A program made the position numbers and the translations under genes. DNA of 64,000 nucleotides from an uncultured Nitrospirales bacterium (GTDB lineage Bacteria; Hydrogenedentota; Hydrogenedentia; Hydrogenedentales; GCA-2746185): assembly GCA_964620045.1 (NCBI GenBank), contig CAZUJL010000022.1, forward strand, positions 1,498 to 65,497, read 5' to 3'. The notes under the pieces were generated by a model, which worked only from the letters and a program-made list of their open reading frames with translations, had not been told where the DNA came from and ran no database searches. Shown piece by piece: positions 36,971-45,603 of this stretch (position 1 is its first letter; each line of letters opens with the position of its first letter).

Positions 36971-38242
36971 ATGTCTGATTTGTCATCGCTGGGCCGCCGC
37001 AATTTTCTGAAGACGGGCGTGGCTGCGGCCGGCGCGGCGGCGTTGAGCGCGAAGAGTTATGCGCGCGTGATCGGCGCGAATGATCGCTTGAATGCGGGGA
37101 TGATTGGCTGCGGCGGGATGGCGGGCAGCCACCTTGGCACGCTGCTGGCGCTGAATCTGGAAGACAACGTGTCGGTGCGCGTGGCGTGCGACGTGAATCC
37201 TGAGCGCGCGGCGTCATTCCGCGATCGCATTGTGTCCTCCGGCCAGGAAGCGCGGGCGTCCAACCACTACCAGGACGTGCTGGCGGATCCGGAGATCGAC
37301 TATGTCGTGATCGCGACACCGGAGCACACGCACCATTACCTCGCGATGGCGTCGCTCGAAGCCGGCAAGCATGTCTATTGCGAGAAGCCGTTGTGCTACG
37401 ACATCCGCGAGGCTAAGGAAGTCGTCGCAAAGGCGGCGTCGACCGGATTGAAGTTGCAGGTGGGTGTGCAGGGCATGGCGGACGACAGCTATTCGTCGGC
37501 GCAGGACGCGATCCGCGCGGGGAAAATCGGCAAGGTCGTGCAGGCACAGATCGACTACGTGCGCAATCATGAGCCGGGCCGCGGACCGTGGCGCCGCGCG
37601 GACGTTACCGATGCGACGCCGATGCCGCAGGGACTTGATTGGGAAGCCTGGCTGTATCCACGTGCGCCGCGCGCGTGGGAACCGCACCACTACTTCGAGT
37701 GGCGGTGCTACCGCGACTACTCGGGCGGCATCGCGACGGATCTATTTGTGCACCGCGTGACGCGTATTATTCGCGCGTGTGGACTGAGCTTCCCTTCGCG
37801 CGCGATCGGCATGGGCGGGATTTACACATGGGACGACGGCCGCGATCTGCCGGACAGCATGGAGATGCTGCTGGAGTATCCGGCGGTGGCGGGCATCACG
37901 GACGGCATGACGGTGCATCTGCTGGGCACGATGGCGAACGAAAAACAGAACCCGCACTGCATTCGCGGCAAGGACGGCACGCTGACCTTCACACCGACGG
38001 GCTGGGAGATTGCGCTGGAGAAGGGCGGCCGCGTGATCGAGCAGCACAAGAAAACCGGCGGCGAGGATTTGGTGCCGCACCACAAAAACCACCATGCGTC
38101 CATCCGCACCGGCGCGCCGCTGAACTGCCCGCCGGAGCTCGGCTTGTACGGTGTGGTGGCGTCGCGCATGGGCAATCTGGCGTGGTTCCAGCGCAAATTG
38201 GTGGCATGGGACGCGGATAAGCAGACGGTGGTGGCGTCTTAA
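36971..38242 (+). CDS. Tat-exported Gfo/Idh/MocA-family NAD(P)-dependent oxidoreductase
   Basis: Twin-arginine signal GRRNFLKTGVAAAGAAAL; Rossmann LNAGMIGCGGMAGSH; EKPL motif (CEKPLCYD). Confidence 0.7.
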   Translation: MSDLSSLGRRNFLKTGVAAAGAAALSAKSYARVIGANDRLNAGMIGCGGMAGSHLGTLLALNLEDNVSVRVACDVNPERAASFRDRIVSSGQEARASNHYQDVLADPEIDYVVIATPEHTHHYLAMASLEAGKHVYCEKPLCYDIREAKEVVAKAASTGLKLQVGVQGMADDSYSSAQDAIRAGKIGKVVQAQIDYVRNHEPGRGPWRRADVTDATPMPQGLDWEAWLYPRAPRAWEPHHYFEWRCYRDYSGGIATDLFVHRVTRIIRACGLSFPSRAIGMGGIYTWDDGRDLPDSMEMLLEYPAVAGITDGMTVHLLGTMANEKQNPHCIRGKDGTLTFTPTGWEIALEKGGRVIEQHKKTGGEDLVPHHKNHHASIRTGAPLNCPPELGLYGVVASRMGNLAWFQRKLVAWDADKQTVVAS

Positions 38243-38388
38243 TCCGCTCCGAAAACGCCTCGATCCGCTTACAAATGCGTTGTTTGGCAACTAGATATTA
38301 ATATGACAACGTAAGCGGACGTTTAGTATACTAAACGCCTCGTATACCTTCGTTAACCATTTCCCTTATGTTGCAAGGAGCTTGAGGC

Positions 38389-39366
38389 ATGTCTTCCCGT
38401 TCTGCATCCGGCCGTCGTGGCGGCTTCACTCTCATCGAGTTGCTGGTTGTGATCGCGATCATCGGCATCTTGGCCTCGATTCTGTTGCCGGCGCTGGCGC
38501 GGGCCCGCGAGGCGGCGCGCCGCGCGAGCTGCGCGAACAATCTGAAGCAGATCGGGTTGTCGCTGAAGATGTACGCGAGCGAGACGCGCGGCGAGCGCTT
38601 CCCGCGGCTGCAGGGTACGAATTGCGAGCCGGAGATTCTGCCGTCGTACAACTGGATGTTCGATGTGCAGACGGTGTACCCGGAGTATTTGCCGGATCTG
38701 AACGTGATGGTGTGCCCGAGCGCGCTGGGCGGCGCGGATGCCGTTGCGCGGTGGGACAAGGGCGAGAACTACAATCCGAATTGGGAAGAAGCGTCGAACC
38801 CCGTGCTGGGCGTCTCCAATGACGGCAAGGTGACCGGGTGCGAAGTGCTGGCGGAGCCGTATTTCTACTACGGGTGGACGCTGTACCGCAGCCAGTTCCA
38901 GACCGAAGAGGACGTCGAGATCCTTGAGGAAGCGCTGCACTTTGAGTTTGAAGAAGAAGTGGAAGACGAAGCGATGATCACGAACGACATCGACGAGTTG
39001 AAGGAATTCCTCGACGAAGACATGCACCTCGAAACCTCGGAGGGCGTGATTGAACCGATCGACGGGAAGGACCATCTGCTGCGCTTGCGCGAAGGCATTG
39101 AGCGCATCTTCATTACCGACATCAACAACCCGGGCGCGTCGGCGCAGGCGGCCTCGGATATTGTGGTGATGCACGACTCGATCGAAGAAAACCCCAACGA
39201 CTTTAACCATGTGCCGGGCGGCGTGAATGTGCTGTACCTTGACGGCCACGTGAACTTTGAGAAGTGGGTGCCGAACGGCGCCGGCAACTACGGCGCGCCG
39301 TTCCCCGTGAATGCGGCGGCGCTGGAGCTGCACGAAATCGGCGAAGGCGAAGAAGAGGAAGAATAA
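38389..39366 (+). CDS. prepilin-type N-terminal cleavage/methylation domain protein (pilin-like with H-x-DGH C-terminus)
   Basis: [25 protein letters not shown] prepilin signal; C-terminal [16 protein letters not shown]; acidic Glu-rich tail. Confidence 0.7.
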   Translation: MSSRSASGRRGGFTLIELLVVIAIIGILASILLPALARAREAARRASCANNLKQIGLSLKMYASETRGERFPRLQGTNCEPEILPSYNWMFDVQTVYPEYLPDLNVMVCPSALGGADAVARWDKGENYNPNWEEASNPVLGVSNDGKVTGCEVLAEPYFYYGWTLYRSQFQTEEDVEILEEALHFEFEEEVEDEAMITNDIDELKEFLDEDMHLETSEGVIEPIDGKDHLLRLREGIERIFITDINNPGASAQAASDIVVMHDSIEENPNDFNHVPGGVNVLYLDGHVNFEKWVPNGAGNYGAPFPVNAAALELHEIGEGEEEEE

Positions 39367-39417
39367 GGCCTCGCGGTTGACGGTTTTTCCGGTCTCTGGT
39401 AGCCTTTTGGCGGGAGA

Positions 39418-39720
39418 TTGGCTGTGATTCGTCGCGAATATCGGCGATGGGTGCTGTTTGCCGCGCTATTGCTCGCAGTGGGCTTTGCGCACGGCGCGGT
39501 GCCGCATTCGCACGATTCCGGCGATCCTGGCCATGGGCCGGCCCCCTGCTCCATTTGCGCGAGCGGCTCGGCCTATTTCGTCGCGGCGTCCGCCCCGACG
39601 GCCTCCCTCCTGCCGCCGCCCGCGGCGCCGGTGCTTGTCCTCTCCGAGGTCGCGCCGGATTGCGCCGCGCCGGATGCGCCTTGGTCTCCGCGCGCGCCTC
39701 CATCTGAAGTCCTCAGCTAA
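39418..39720 (+). CDS. hypothetical small membrane protein, His/Cys-rich
   Basis: 100 aa; one TM segment, then HGAVPHSHDSGDPGHGPAPCSICASG; only ORF-level support. Confidence 0.25.
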   Translation: MAVIRREYRRWVLFAALLLAVGFAHGAVPHSHDSGDPGHGPAPCSICASGSAYFVAASAPTASLLPPPAAPVLVLSEVAPDCAAPDAPWSPRAPPSEVLS

Positions 39721-39840
39721 CTCCATCCCGTTCCAAAACCGCTGACGCCCGGTGTGTGTGCACACACGGGCCGGCTGGCCGTAACTCCGGCGCATTGCGT
39801 CGCCGCGCGGCCCAGCCTGGACTTCAACAGGAGCCATACC

Positions 39841-40809
39841 ATGAACACAAGACGCCCGAGCCGTGGGTTTACGTTAATTGAATTGCTGGTGGTCATCGCG
39901 ATCATCGGGATACTTGCCGCTATTCTTTTGCCGGCGCTGGCGCGGGCACGCGAGGCGGCGCGCCGCGCGAGTTGCGCGAACAACCTGAAGCAGATCGGAT
40001 TGTCCCTGAAGATGTATGCGAGTGAGACACAGGGCGAGCGCTTTCCGCATATCAAGACGACCAATTGCTTTCCGGAAATCCACGAGACGTATGTGTGGAT
40101 GTTCGATGTGCAAGCGATGTACCCCGAGTATCTGCCGGACCTGAACGCGCTGGTGTGCCCCAGTTCGTTTGGCGGCGCGGATGCGGTCGCGCGGTGGGAC
40201 GAGGGCGATCAGGAAAGCCCCGAGTGGGAGGAAGTGAACAATCCGCCGCTGGGTGTGTCGCACGACGGCATTGTGACCGGGTGCGAGGTGGTCGACCATC
40301 CGTATTACTACTACGGCTGGGCGTTCCATCGGGATATGTTCAAGAGCACGACGGACTTTACGACGCTGGAAGATGTGCTGGTGTTTGAGTTCAACGAGGA
40401 GTACAAGCCGGCGTTCGACGTGGACAATTACGAGGCCGTGCGGCAGTTTGTCGACAGCGATCTGGAACTGGAAACGGCGCCGGATACCTTCGGAGAGATT
40501 GATGGTCGCGACTACATCGCGCGGTTGCGCGAAGGCATTGAGCGCATCTTTATCACGGACATCAATAATCCAGGGGCATCGGCACAGGCGCAGTCGAATA
40601 TTGTGGTAATGCACGATGCGATTTCGCCGGAGCCGGAGCATTTCAACCATGTGCCCGGCGGCACGAATGTGTTGTACCTAGATGGGCACGTGGATTTTAC
40701 GAAATGGATTCCCTCGCCGGAGAGCCTGGGCGGGCCGTTCCCGGTGAACGGGGCGGGGTTGATCCTGCACGAAGTGCCGGAGGAACTGGCGGGCACGCAC
40801 ACGCATTAA
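39841..40809 (+). CDS. prepilin-type pilin-like protein (tandem paralogue of 38389..39366)
   Basis: ATG 39841 ([62 protein letters not shown], near-identical to the upstream paralogue); C-terminal [16 protein letters not shown]. Confidence 0.7.
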   Translation: MNTRRPSRGFTLIELLVVIAIIGILAAILLPALARAREAARRASCANNLKQIGLSLKMYASETQGERFPHIKTTNCFPEIHETYVWMFDVQAMYPEYLPDLNALVCPSSFGGADAVARWDEGDQESPEWEEVNNPPLGVSHDGIVTGCEVVDHPYYYYGWAFHRDMFKSTTDFTTLEDVLVFEFNEEYKPAFDVDNYEAVRQFVDSDLELETAPDTFGEIDGRDYIARLREGIERIFITDINNPGASAQAQSNIVVMHDAISPEPEHFNHVPGGTNVLYLDGHVDFTKWIPSPESLGGPFPVNGAGLILHEVPEELAGTHTH

Positions 40810-40860
40810 CGGTTTGCGCGCGCCGGGGTGCGCGGTGCATCCCGGCGCGTTTAGCGCGGC

Positions 40861-41445
40861 GTGTGCGATGTGCTATCGTACTTGGACTGCGGGACTCATC
40901 TTGTGAGCGAAACCCTACCCAACGAGAACGTGCGGCCGATCGTCATTCGTATTCTGGCGATCAGCGCGGCGGCGTTTCTGTTTTTGCTGTGGTTGCTGTA
41001 TTTCAAGGGGCCGTCGGACTCGAGCGGGCATAGTTTGTCGTTCTTGCCGGCGGTGAATGCGACGCTGAACGGGCTTGCGGCGGCGTGCATCACGGCGGGC
41101 GTGATCGCGATCAAGAGCGGGCGCAAGCGGCTGCACATGACGCTGATGATCACGGCGGTGTCGCTGTCGATCGTGTTTCTGGTCAGCTACATCACGTACC
41201 ACAATCTGCACGGCGACACGAAGTTTGTGACGCACGGCACGATTCGCACCGTGTACTTCTTCATCCTGATTTCGCATATAGCGTGCACGGTGTTTGCGTT
41301 ACCGTTGATCATGAGCGCGGTGTTCTTCGCGATCACGAAACGGTTTGAGCTGCACAAGCGCGTGGTGAAGTACACCGTGCCGTTGTGGCTGTACGTCTCG
41401 ATTACGGGCGTGGCGATTTACTTCCTGCTGAAGGCGAATTCCTGA
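40861..41445 (+). CDS. DUF420-like (CtaM-like) four-TM membrane protein
   Basis: LNATLNGLAAACITAGVIAIK ... SYITYHNLHG ... IRTVYFFILISHIACTVFALPL ... VPLWLYVSITGVAIY resembles the DUF420 family, which is linked to aa3-oxidase function in Bacillus; family identity from memory. Confidence 0.45.
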   Translation: MCDVLSYLDCGTHLVSETLPNENVRPIVIRILAISAAAFLFLLWLLYFKGPSDSSGHSLSFLPAVNATLNGLAAACITAGVIAIKSGRKRLHMTLMITAVSLSIVFLVSYITYHNLHGDTKFVTHGTIRTVYFFILISHIACTVFALPLIMSAVFFAITKRFELHKRVVKYTVPLWLYVSITGVAIYFLLKANS

Positions 41446-41469
41446 CGCCGCGTATCGACCGCGTTTCTG

Positions 41470-41558
41470 TCGTCCCTACGGGACTTGATGCCGAGGTCGC
41501 TATCGGCATACCCACCGCTGAAGCGGTGGGCTAAATTCTGTCGCCCCTCTGGGGCTCA
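41470..41558. repeat. structured intergenic repeat element, copy B (three hairpins)
   Basis: cgtccctacgggact ... cccaccgc-tgaa-gcggtggg ... gcccctctggggc; same architecture and spacing as copy A at 24488-24575; followed at 41581-41619 by a 16-nt direct repeat containing the 12-bp palindrome gcaatgcattgc. Confidence 0.5.
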
Positions 41559-41649
41559 CCGTCGGTGCAATTTCTCGAGTTGCAATGCATTGCGTTTAGA
41601 GTAGCAATGCGTTGCGTTTCGAAGAATATGTAGTATCGGTTTGCGAGAC

Positions 41650-42222
41650 TTAGCCTTTTAACTTCTGAATCATCTCGGCGACGCGTTTGCCGATGGCTTC
41701 CACGCTGGCCTGCTGCTGGGCATCCTTGAGTTTGGGGCCGTCGAAGGCTTCGTGCGCCTTCATGACGGCGACCTGATCCGGCAGCACGAGCGTCTGGATA
41801 TTTCCCAGGATCGAGCGTACGGTCACGAGGCCGCGCAGGCCGCCGAGCGCGCCGGGCGACGCGCTCATGAGTCCGGCTACTTTGCCGACGTAGGCCTCCA
41901 ACGGCTTCTCGGCCCCTTCGCGGCGCGAGGCCCAGTCGATCGCGTTTTTCAGGAGCGGCGTGATTGAACTGTTGTACTCCGGCGCGGAGATCAGGAAGCC
42001 GTCGTGCGACTTCATGAGTTCCTTAAAGGTCTTCGCATTCGGCGGGAGGCCACTGCGTGCTTCGTCGTCTTCGTTGTACAGCGGCAAGGGTAAGGCATTC
42101 CAATCGACGAGCGTTACCGTGGCGCCGGCGTTGCGCGCGCCGTCGGCGGCGATTTTCACAAGGCGCGTGTTAAACGAATCGAGCCGGGCGCTGCCGGAGA
42201 ACGCGAGAATTTTCGGGGTCAT
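41650..42222 (-). CDS. NADPH-dependent FMN reductase-family flavoprotein
   Basis: 190 aa; MTPKILAFSGSARLDSFNTRL ... FLISAPEYNSSITPLLKNAIDW typical of NADPH-dependent FMN reductases. Confidence 0.75.
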   Translation of the reverse strand: MTPKILAFSGSARLDSFNTRLVKIAADGARNAGATVTLVDWNALPLPLYNEDDEARSGLPPNAKTFKELMKSHDGFLISAPEYNSSITPLLKNAIDWASRREGAEKPLEAYVGKVAGLMSASPGALGGLRGLVTVRSILGNIQTLVLPDQVAVMKAHEAFDGPKLKDAQQQASVEAIGKRVAEMIQKLKG

Positions 42223-42243
42223 GCGGGTGATTTCCTCTTCGTT

Positions 42244-43035
42244 TTACTGCGTGATGATCTGCGGCTGACCGTCGGGCACGCAGAGATACTGATCGAAATC
42301 CGTGTAACCGATGCCGCGCAGGAAGTCTTCGTCGATGAGGGCCTCGCCGTTGGATTTATCGGGATGCTGCACGATTTCCCAGGTGGCATCGGCCAGGATA
42401 TCGGCCTTGCGCCAGAGGGTCGGATCGCCGAGCTTCCAGTTGATCGTGGCGAAGGACTCGATGAGCGTCTTCGGCCAGAGGGCGGTCGCACGGATGTTGT
42501 ACTCGCCGAATTCCTGCGGCAGGCCGTGCGCGATCATCGTCATGCCGAATTTGCTGATGCAATAGCCGATGTGGCTGGGGAGCATCCGCAGATCGATCGG
42601 CGGCGACATGAGTACGACGTGGCCGGACTTTTGCGCCTTCATCGCGGGCAGAAAGGCCGTGGTGACGGCGAAGGAGCCGCGCGCGTTCACGTCCATCATC
42701 AGGTCGAAGCGCTTCATGGGCGTTTCGTCCATGGGCTTCCACCAGAGCGCGCCGGCGTTGTTGATCACGACGTCAACCCGGCCGAATTTTTCGAGCGTGG
42801 CCTTGGCCGCTTGTTCGACGCTTTGCAGATCGGTCACGTCGCAGCGAACCGGGAAGGCCTCGGTGCCGTGGCGGGAAATTTCGTCGGCCGCGCTGAAGAT
42901 CGTGCCGGGGAGCTTCGGGTTTTCCTCGGTGCTTTTCGCCGCGACGACAATGTCGTAGCCTTCGCGCGCGAAACGATGCGCGCAGGCCTTGCCGATGCCG
43001 CGGGACGCGCCGGTGATGAATGCCACTTTTCTCAT
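42244..43035 (-). CDS. short-chain dehydrogenase/reductase (SDR)
   Basis: Start MRKVAFITGASRGIGKA at 43035 (the ORF-track 535-aa frame runs through from the upstream gene); NNAG ... catalytic YxxxK (YCISK). Confidence 0.75.
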   Translation of the reverse strand: MRKVAFITGASRGIGKACAHRFAREGYDIVVAAKSTEENPKLPGTIFSAADEISRHGTEAFPVRCDVTDLQSVEQAAKATLEKFGRVDVVINNAGALWWKPMDETPMKRFDLMMDVNARGSFAVTTAFLPAMKAQKSGHVVLMSPPIDLRMLPSHIGYCISKFGMTMIAHGLPQEFGEYNIRATALWPKTLIESFATINWKLGDPTLWRKADILADATWEIVQHPDKSNGEALIDEDFLRGIGYTDFDQYLCVPDGQPQIITQ

Positions 43036-43919
43036 TGCGTTGCCTCCTTCGGCGCAGCGGCCGGGGCTTTGGACTGCATCGCGGCGGCGACCTTGGCGAT
43101 CGCCGCGCGCACATCGGCTTCGGCGTTCCACGGCACCCAGTGGCTCTTGCCGTCCAGCCGCATCACGTCCACGATGGTACCAGCCGGGAACTCGCGACGC
43201 ATGTAGTCTACATTCGAATGCGGCACCAATATATCGTCTGGCGCGTGCACGATCACGATCGGACAATGCAGTTCCTTGAGGCGCGGCTGCATGGCTTCGA
43301 GTTCGGCCTTCATCGGCCGGAGTTCGCGGTCGGAATTCCGCAGAAAATACGGGACCATATAGGGAACAAAGGCGAAACCCACCACGTGCTGGTACCACGC
43401 GATTTTTTCCAGAGACGGGTCGAGGGAGCCGGAGAGGATGACGAGGCCGCCGACGCGATCGGGGTATTGCAGGGCGGCCTCGACGATGATGGGACCGCCG
43501 AGCGAGTGGCCGACGAGAATCGTGCCGCGGCCGCCGCGGTTTACGAGCAGCGGTTCGAGGCACTGCGCCTGTTCTTCCATCGTGTAGACCGGCTTGCGCG
43601 GCGTTGTGTGCCCGAAGCCGGGTCGATCGACCGAGACGGAGTCGAAGCCCGCGATGGGCGACGTGAGGTAATCCTCGAAGGCGGTGGCGTCGCCCGGCGT
43701 GCCGTGGACGTACAGAATGCGCGGCAACTGATTGGCGTCGGGCATGGGCGCGGCGATGTAGCTCATCGTGAAACCGTTGGACGACGGCACGGTGCCGCGG
43801 ATGAGGCCGGCGTTTTCCATCGGCAACACGAAGGCGTCGTATACGCGGCATGAGGCAAATTCGAGCACAAGCAGGACGATGAGCGTGATGCCGAGGATGC
43901 GGAAAATCTTACGGCGCAT
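43032..43919 (-). CDS. alpha/beta-fold hydrolase
   Basis: N-terminal TM anchor; nucleophile elbow GHSLGG; overlaps SDR gene start by 4 nt. Confidence 0.65.
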   Translation of the reverse strand: MRRKIFRILGITLIVLLVLEFASCRVYDAFVLPMENAGLIRGTVPSSNGFTMSYIAAPMPDANQLPRILYVHGTPGDATAFEDYLTSPIAGFDSVSVDRPGFGHTTPRKPVYTMEEQAQCLEPLLVNRGGRGTILVGHSLGGPIIVEAALQYPDRVGGLVILSGSLDPSLEKIAWYQHVVGFAFVPYMVPYFLRNSDRELRPMKAELEAMQPRLKELHCPIVIVHAPDDILVPHSNVDYMRREFPAGTIVDVMRLDGKSHWVPWNAEADVRAAIAKVAAAMQSKAPAAAPKEATQ

Positions 43920-43925
43920 AACGGG

Positions 43926-44750
43926 TCAACCGGTGCCGAGCTCCGTGAGGCCGAGCACCTGTTCGCGCGCCTGCGCGGCGAGGACTTTGCGGTCGGTCTC
44001 GCCTGGCGGGATGGGCTCGCCGAACACGACCACCACGCTGACGCCGCGCAGCCCAAGCACGCGCCAGAGGTGCGGCACGAGCGTGTGATCGTCGCGCCAA
44101 TAGGCGATGTCTTCCGTGAGCGAGGCGTTCGGCGCGGTCACGCCCCAACGCAGACCCACGGGCAGCAGCGGCACGGCGCGATTGATGGCGGGCTGCACGA
44201 GAGAGGCGTGAAACGGCATGACGCGATCGCCGGCGCTGGTGGTGCCTTCCAAGAACACGCAGACCGGCACGCCGGCATCGAAACGTTCGCCGATTTTTTC
44301 GTTGACGGCGGCGACGCTGCGGCGATCGGCGCGCGCAATGCCGATGTGTTCGGAAGTGTTGAACAAGTGCCCGATGATGGGCCAATGCACGACGTCCGCT
44401 TTGGAGACGAACATCGTTGCGGTGACGGCACCGACGGCCATGATGTCGAGATAACTGATGTGGTTCGGCGTGAGCAGCACGGCCTGGTGCGGCGGCATGC
44501 CGGCGGAGGTGACGGAGATGCCGCCGATCCGCGCGATGCCCACGAGCCAGCGGTGGGTGTACTCCGCGGCGAAGCGACGGCGTTCAGCTGGGTCGCGCGT
44601 GGAGAAACGCGCGCGCAGGTGGATGAGGTGCGAGTAGAGCGTCCAACCGCCGATGAGAAAGAGTCGCCACGCGGACAGCGCGTGGTTGATGCGGGCGCGC
44701 GGCATGGTTTCTTCACTGCCGTCCGCGTGCGCGGGCGTGGTTGCACTCAT
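43926..44750 (-). CDS. lysophospholipid/lyso-aminolipid acyltransferase (PlsC family; OlsA-like)
   Basis: NHISYLD (HxxxxD acyltransferase motif) and FLEGTTS (FPEGTRS-like); overlaps the upstream GNAT gene by 4 nt. Confidence 0.7.
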   Translation of the reverse strand: MSATTPAHADGSEETMPRARINHALSAWRLFLIGGWTLYSHLIHLRARFSTRDPAERRRFAAEYTHRWLVGIARIGGISVTSAGMPPHQAVLLTPNHISYLDIMAVGAVTATMFVSKADVVHWPIIGHLFNTSEHIGIARADRRSVAAVNEKIGERFDAGVPVCVFLEGTTSAGDRVMPFHASLVQPAINRAVPLLPVGLRWGVTAPNASLTEDIAYWRDDHTLVPHLWRVLGLRGVSVVVVFGEPIPPGETDRKVLAAQAREQVLGLTELGTG

Positions 44751-45589
44751 TCGATCACGTCCAACCGCGAGAGCGCGACGCCCTTGCCGTCCATCTGGAT
44801 CAGGAAATCGACCGTGCCGAATTCGCGGTCGATTGCGGGTTCGGAGACAACGAGCGCGCCGAGTTTCAGGTAGGTGCGGAAGAGTTTTGGGATTTTAAGC
44901 GCCGGACCGAGCTTCGGATCGTGCTCGCGCGCGGCGTCGCCACAGGAGCGATCCGGTTGCGCCCGTAGCCAGAGATCCGGGTGCAGGCATTTCGCCTCGC
45001 GCAGGGTCTTCAGCGCACGCCAGCCGTCGTCGGGGTCCTGCGTGGTCAGCGAGCAGCAGCCGAAGAGGTAGCGCAGGTTGTGCGCGTTCATGTAGGCGCC
45101 GATGCCGAGCCACATGGCGATCATCGCCCGGAAATTGCGGTGATCGGCGGCGAGACAGGCGCGTCCGACTTCGACGCTTTCTTCCAGGAACGGCGCCATT
45201 GGCGCGAGATCGTATTGCTCGGCCGAGTAAATGCCGCCGTTGCGCGAGGCTTCGCCGGCGGATTGCAGGCGGTAGGTGCCGACGATGCGCCCGGTTTGTT
45301 GCTCCATGAGGACGAGGTGCGTCATTTGATCGTCGTAACGATCTGCGTCGAGCCCGGTTTCCATGGAGGATGCGAGGCCTTCTTCGAGTTCGATATTGAA
45401 CACAAGAAAGCGCAAGCGCTGGGCGGCTTCGACGCACTTCGTGGAATTGGCGAACCCGGCGACGTAGCGATCGGTGTCGCCGTGCGGCAGCGCGAGAAAA
45501 TCTACCGTGCCCCAGCGATCGCGGAAGTCTGCGGCACCTTCGAACGGCGCGCGCGTCAGCGCCTGATCACCGTGTTCGACCCGTGCCAT
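44747..45589 (-). CDS. GNAT-fold N-acyltransferase of the OlsB/hemolysin-like family
   Basis: 280 aa; family size, and translational coupling to a PlsC-type acyltransferase, mirror the olsB-olsA ornithine-lipid operon; assignment relies partly on context. Confidence 0.5.
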   Translation of the reverse strand: MARVEHGDQALTRAPFEGAADFRDRWGTVDFLALPHGDTDRYVAGFANSTKCVEAAQRLRFLVFNIELEEGLASSMETGLDADRYDDQMTHLVLMEQQTGRIVGTYRLQSAGEASRNGGIYSAEQYDLAPMAPFLEESVEVGRACLAADHRNFRAMIAMWLGIGAYMNAHNLRYLFGCCSLTTQDPDDGWRALKTLREAKCLHPDLWLRAQPDRSCGDAAREHDPKLGPALKIPKLFRTYLKLGALVVSEPAIDREFGTVDFLIQMDGKGVALSRLDVIE

Positions 45590-45603
45590 GGTGTGGCCTC
45601 GAT

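Noticed and set aside
42244-43851. Single 535-aa ORF on the minus strand
   Set aside because: It is a read-through of two genes. The 3' part is an SDR starting at MRKVAFITGASRGIG (43035). The alpha/beta hydrolase is in a different frame (43032-43919). The N-terminal 270 aa of the long ORF are Arg/Pro-rich out-of-frame sequence.
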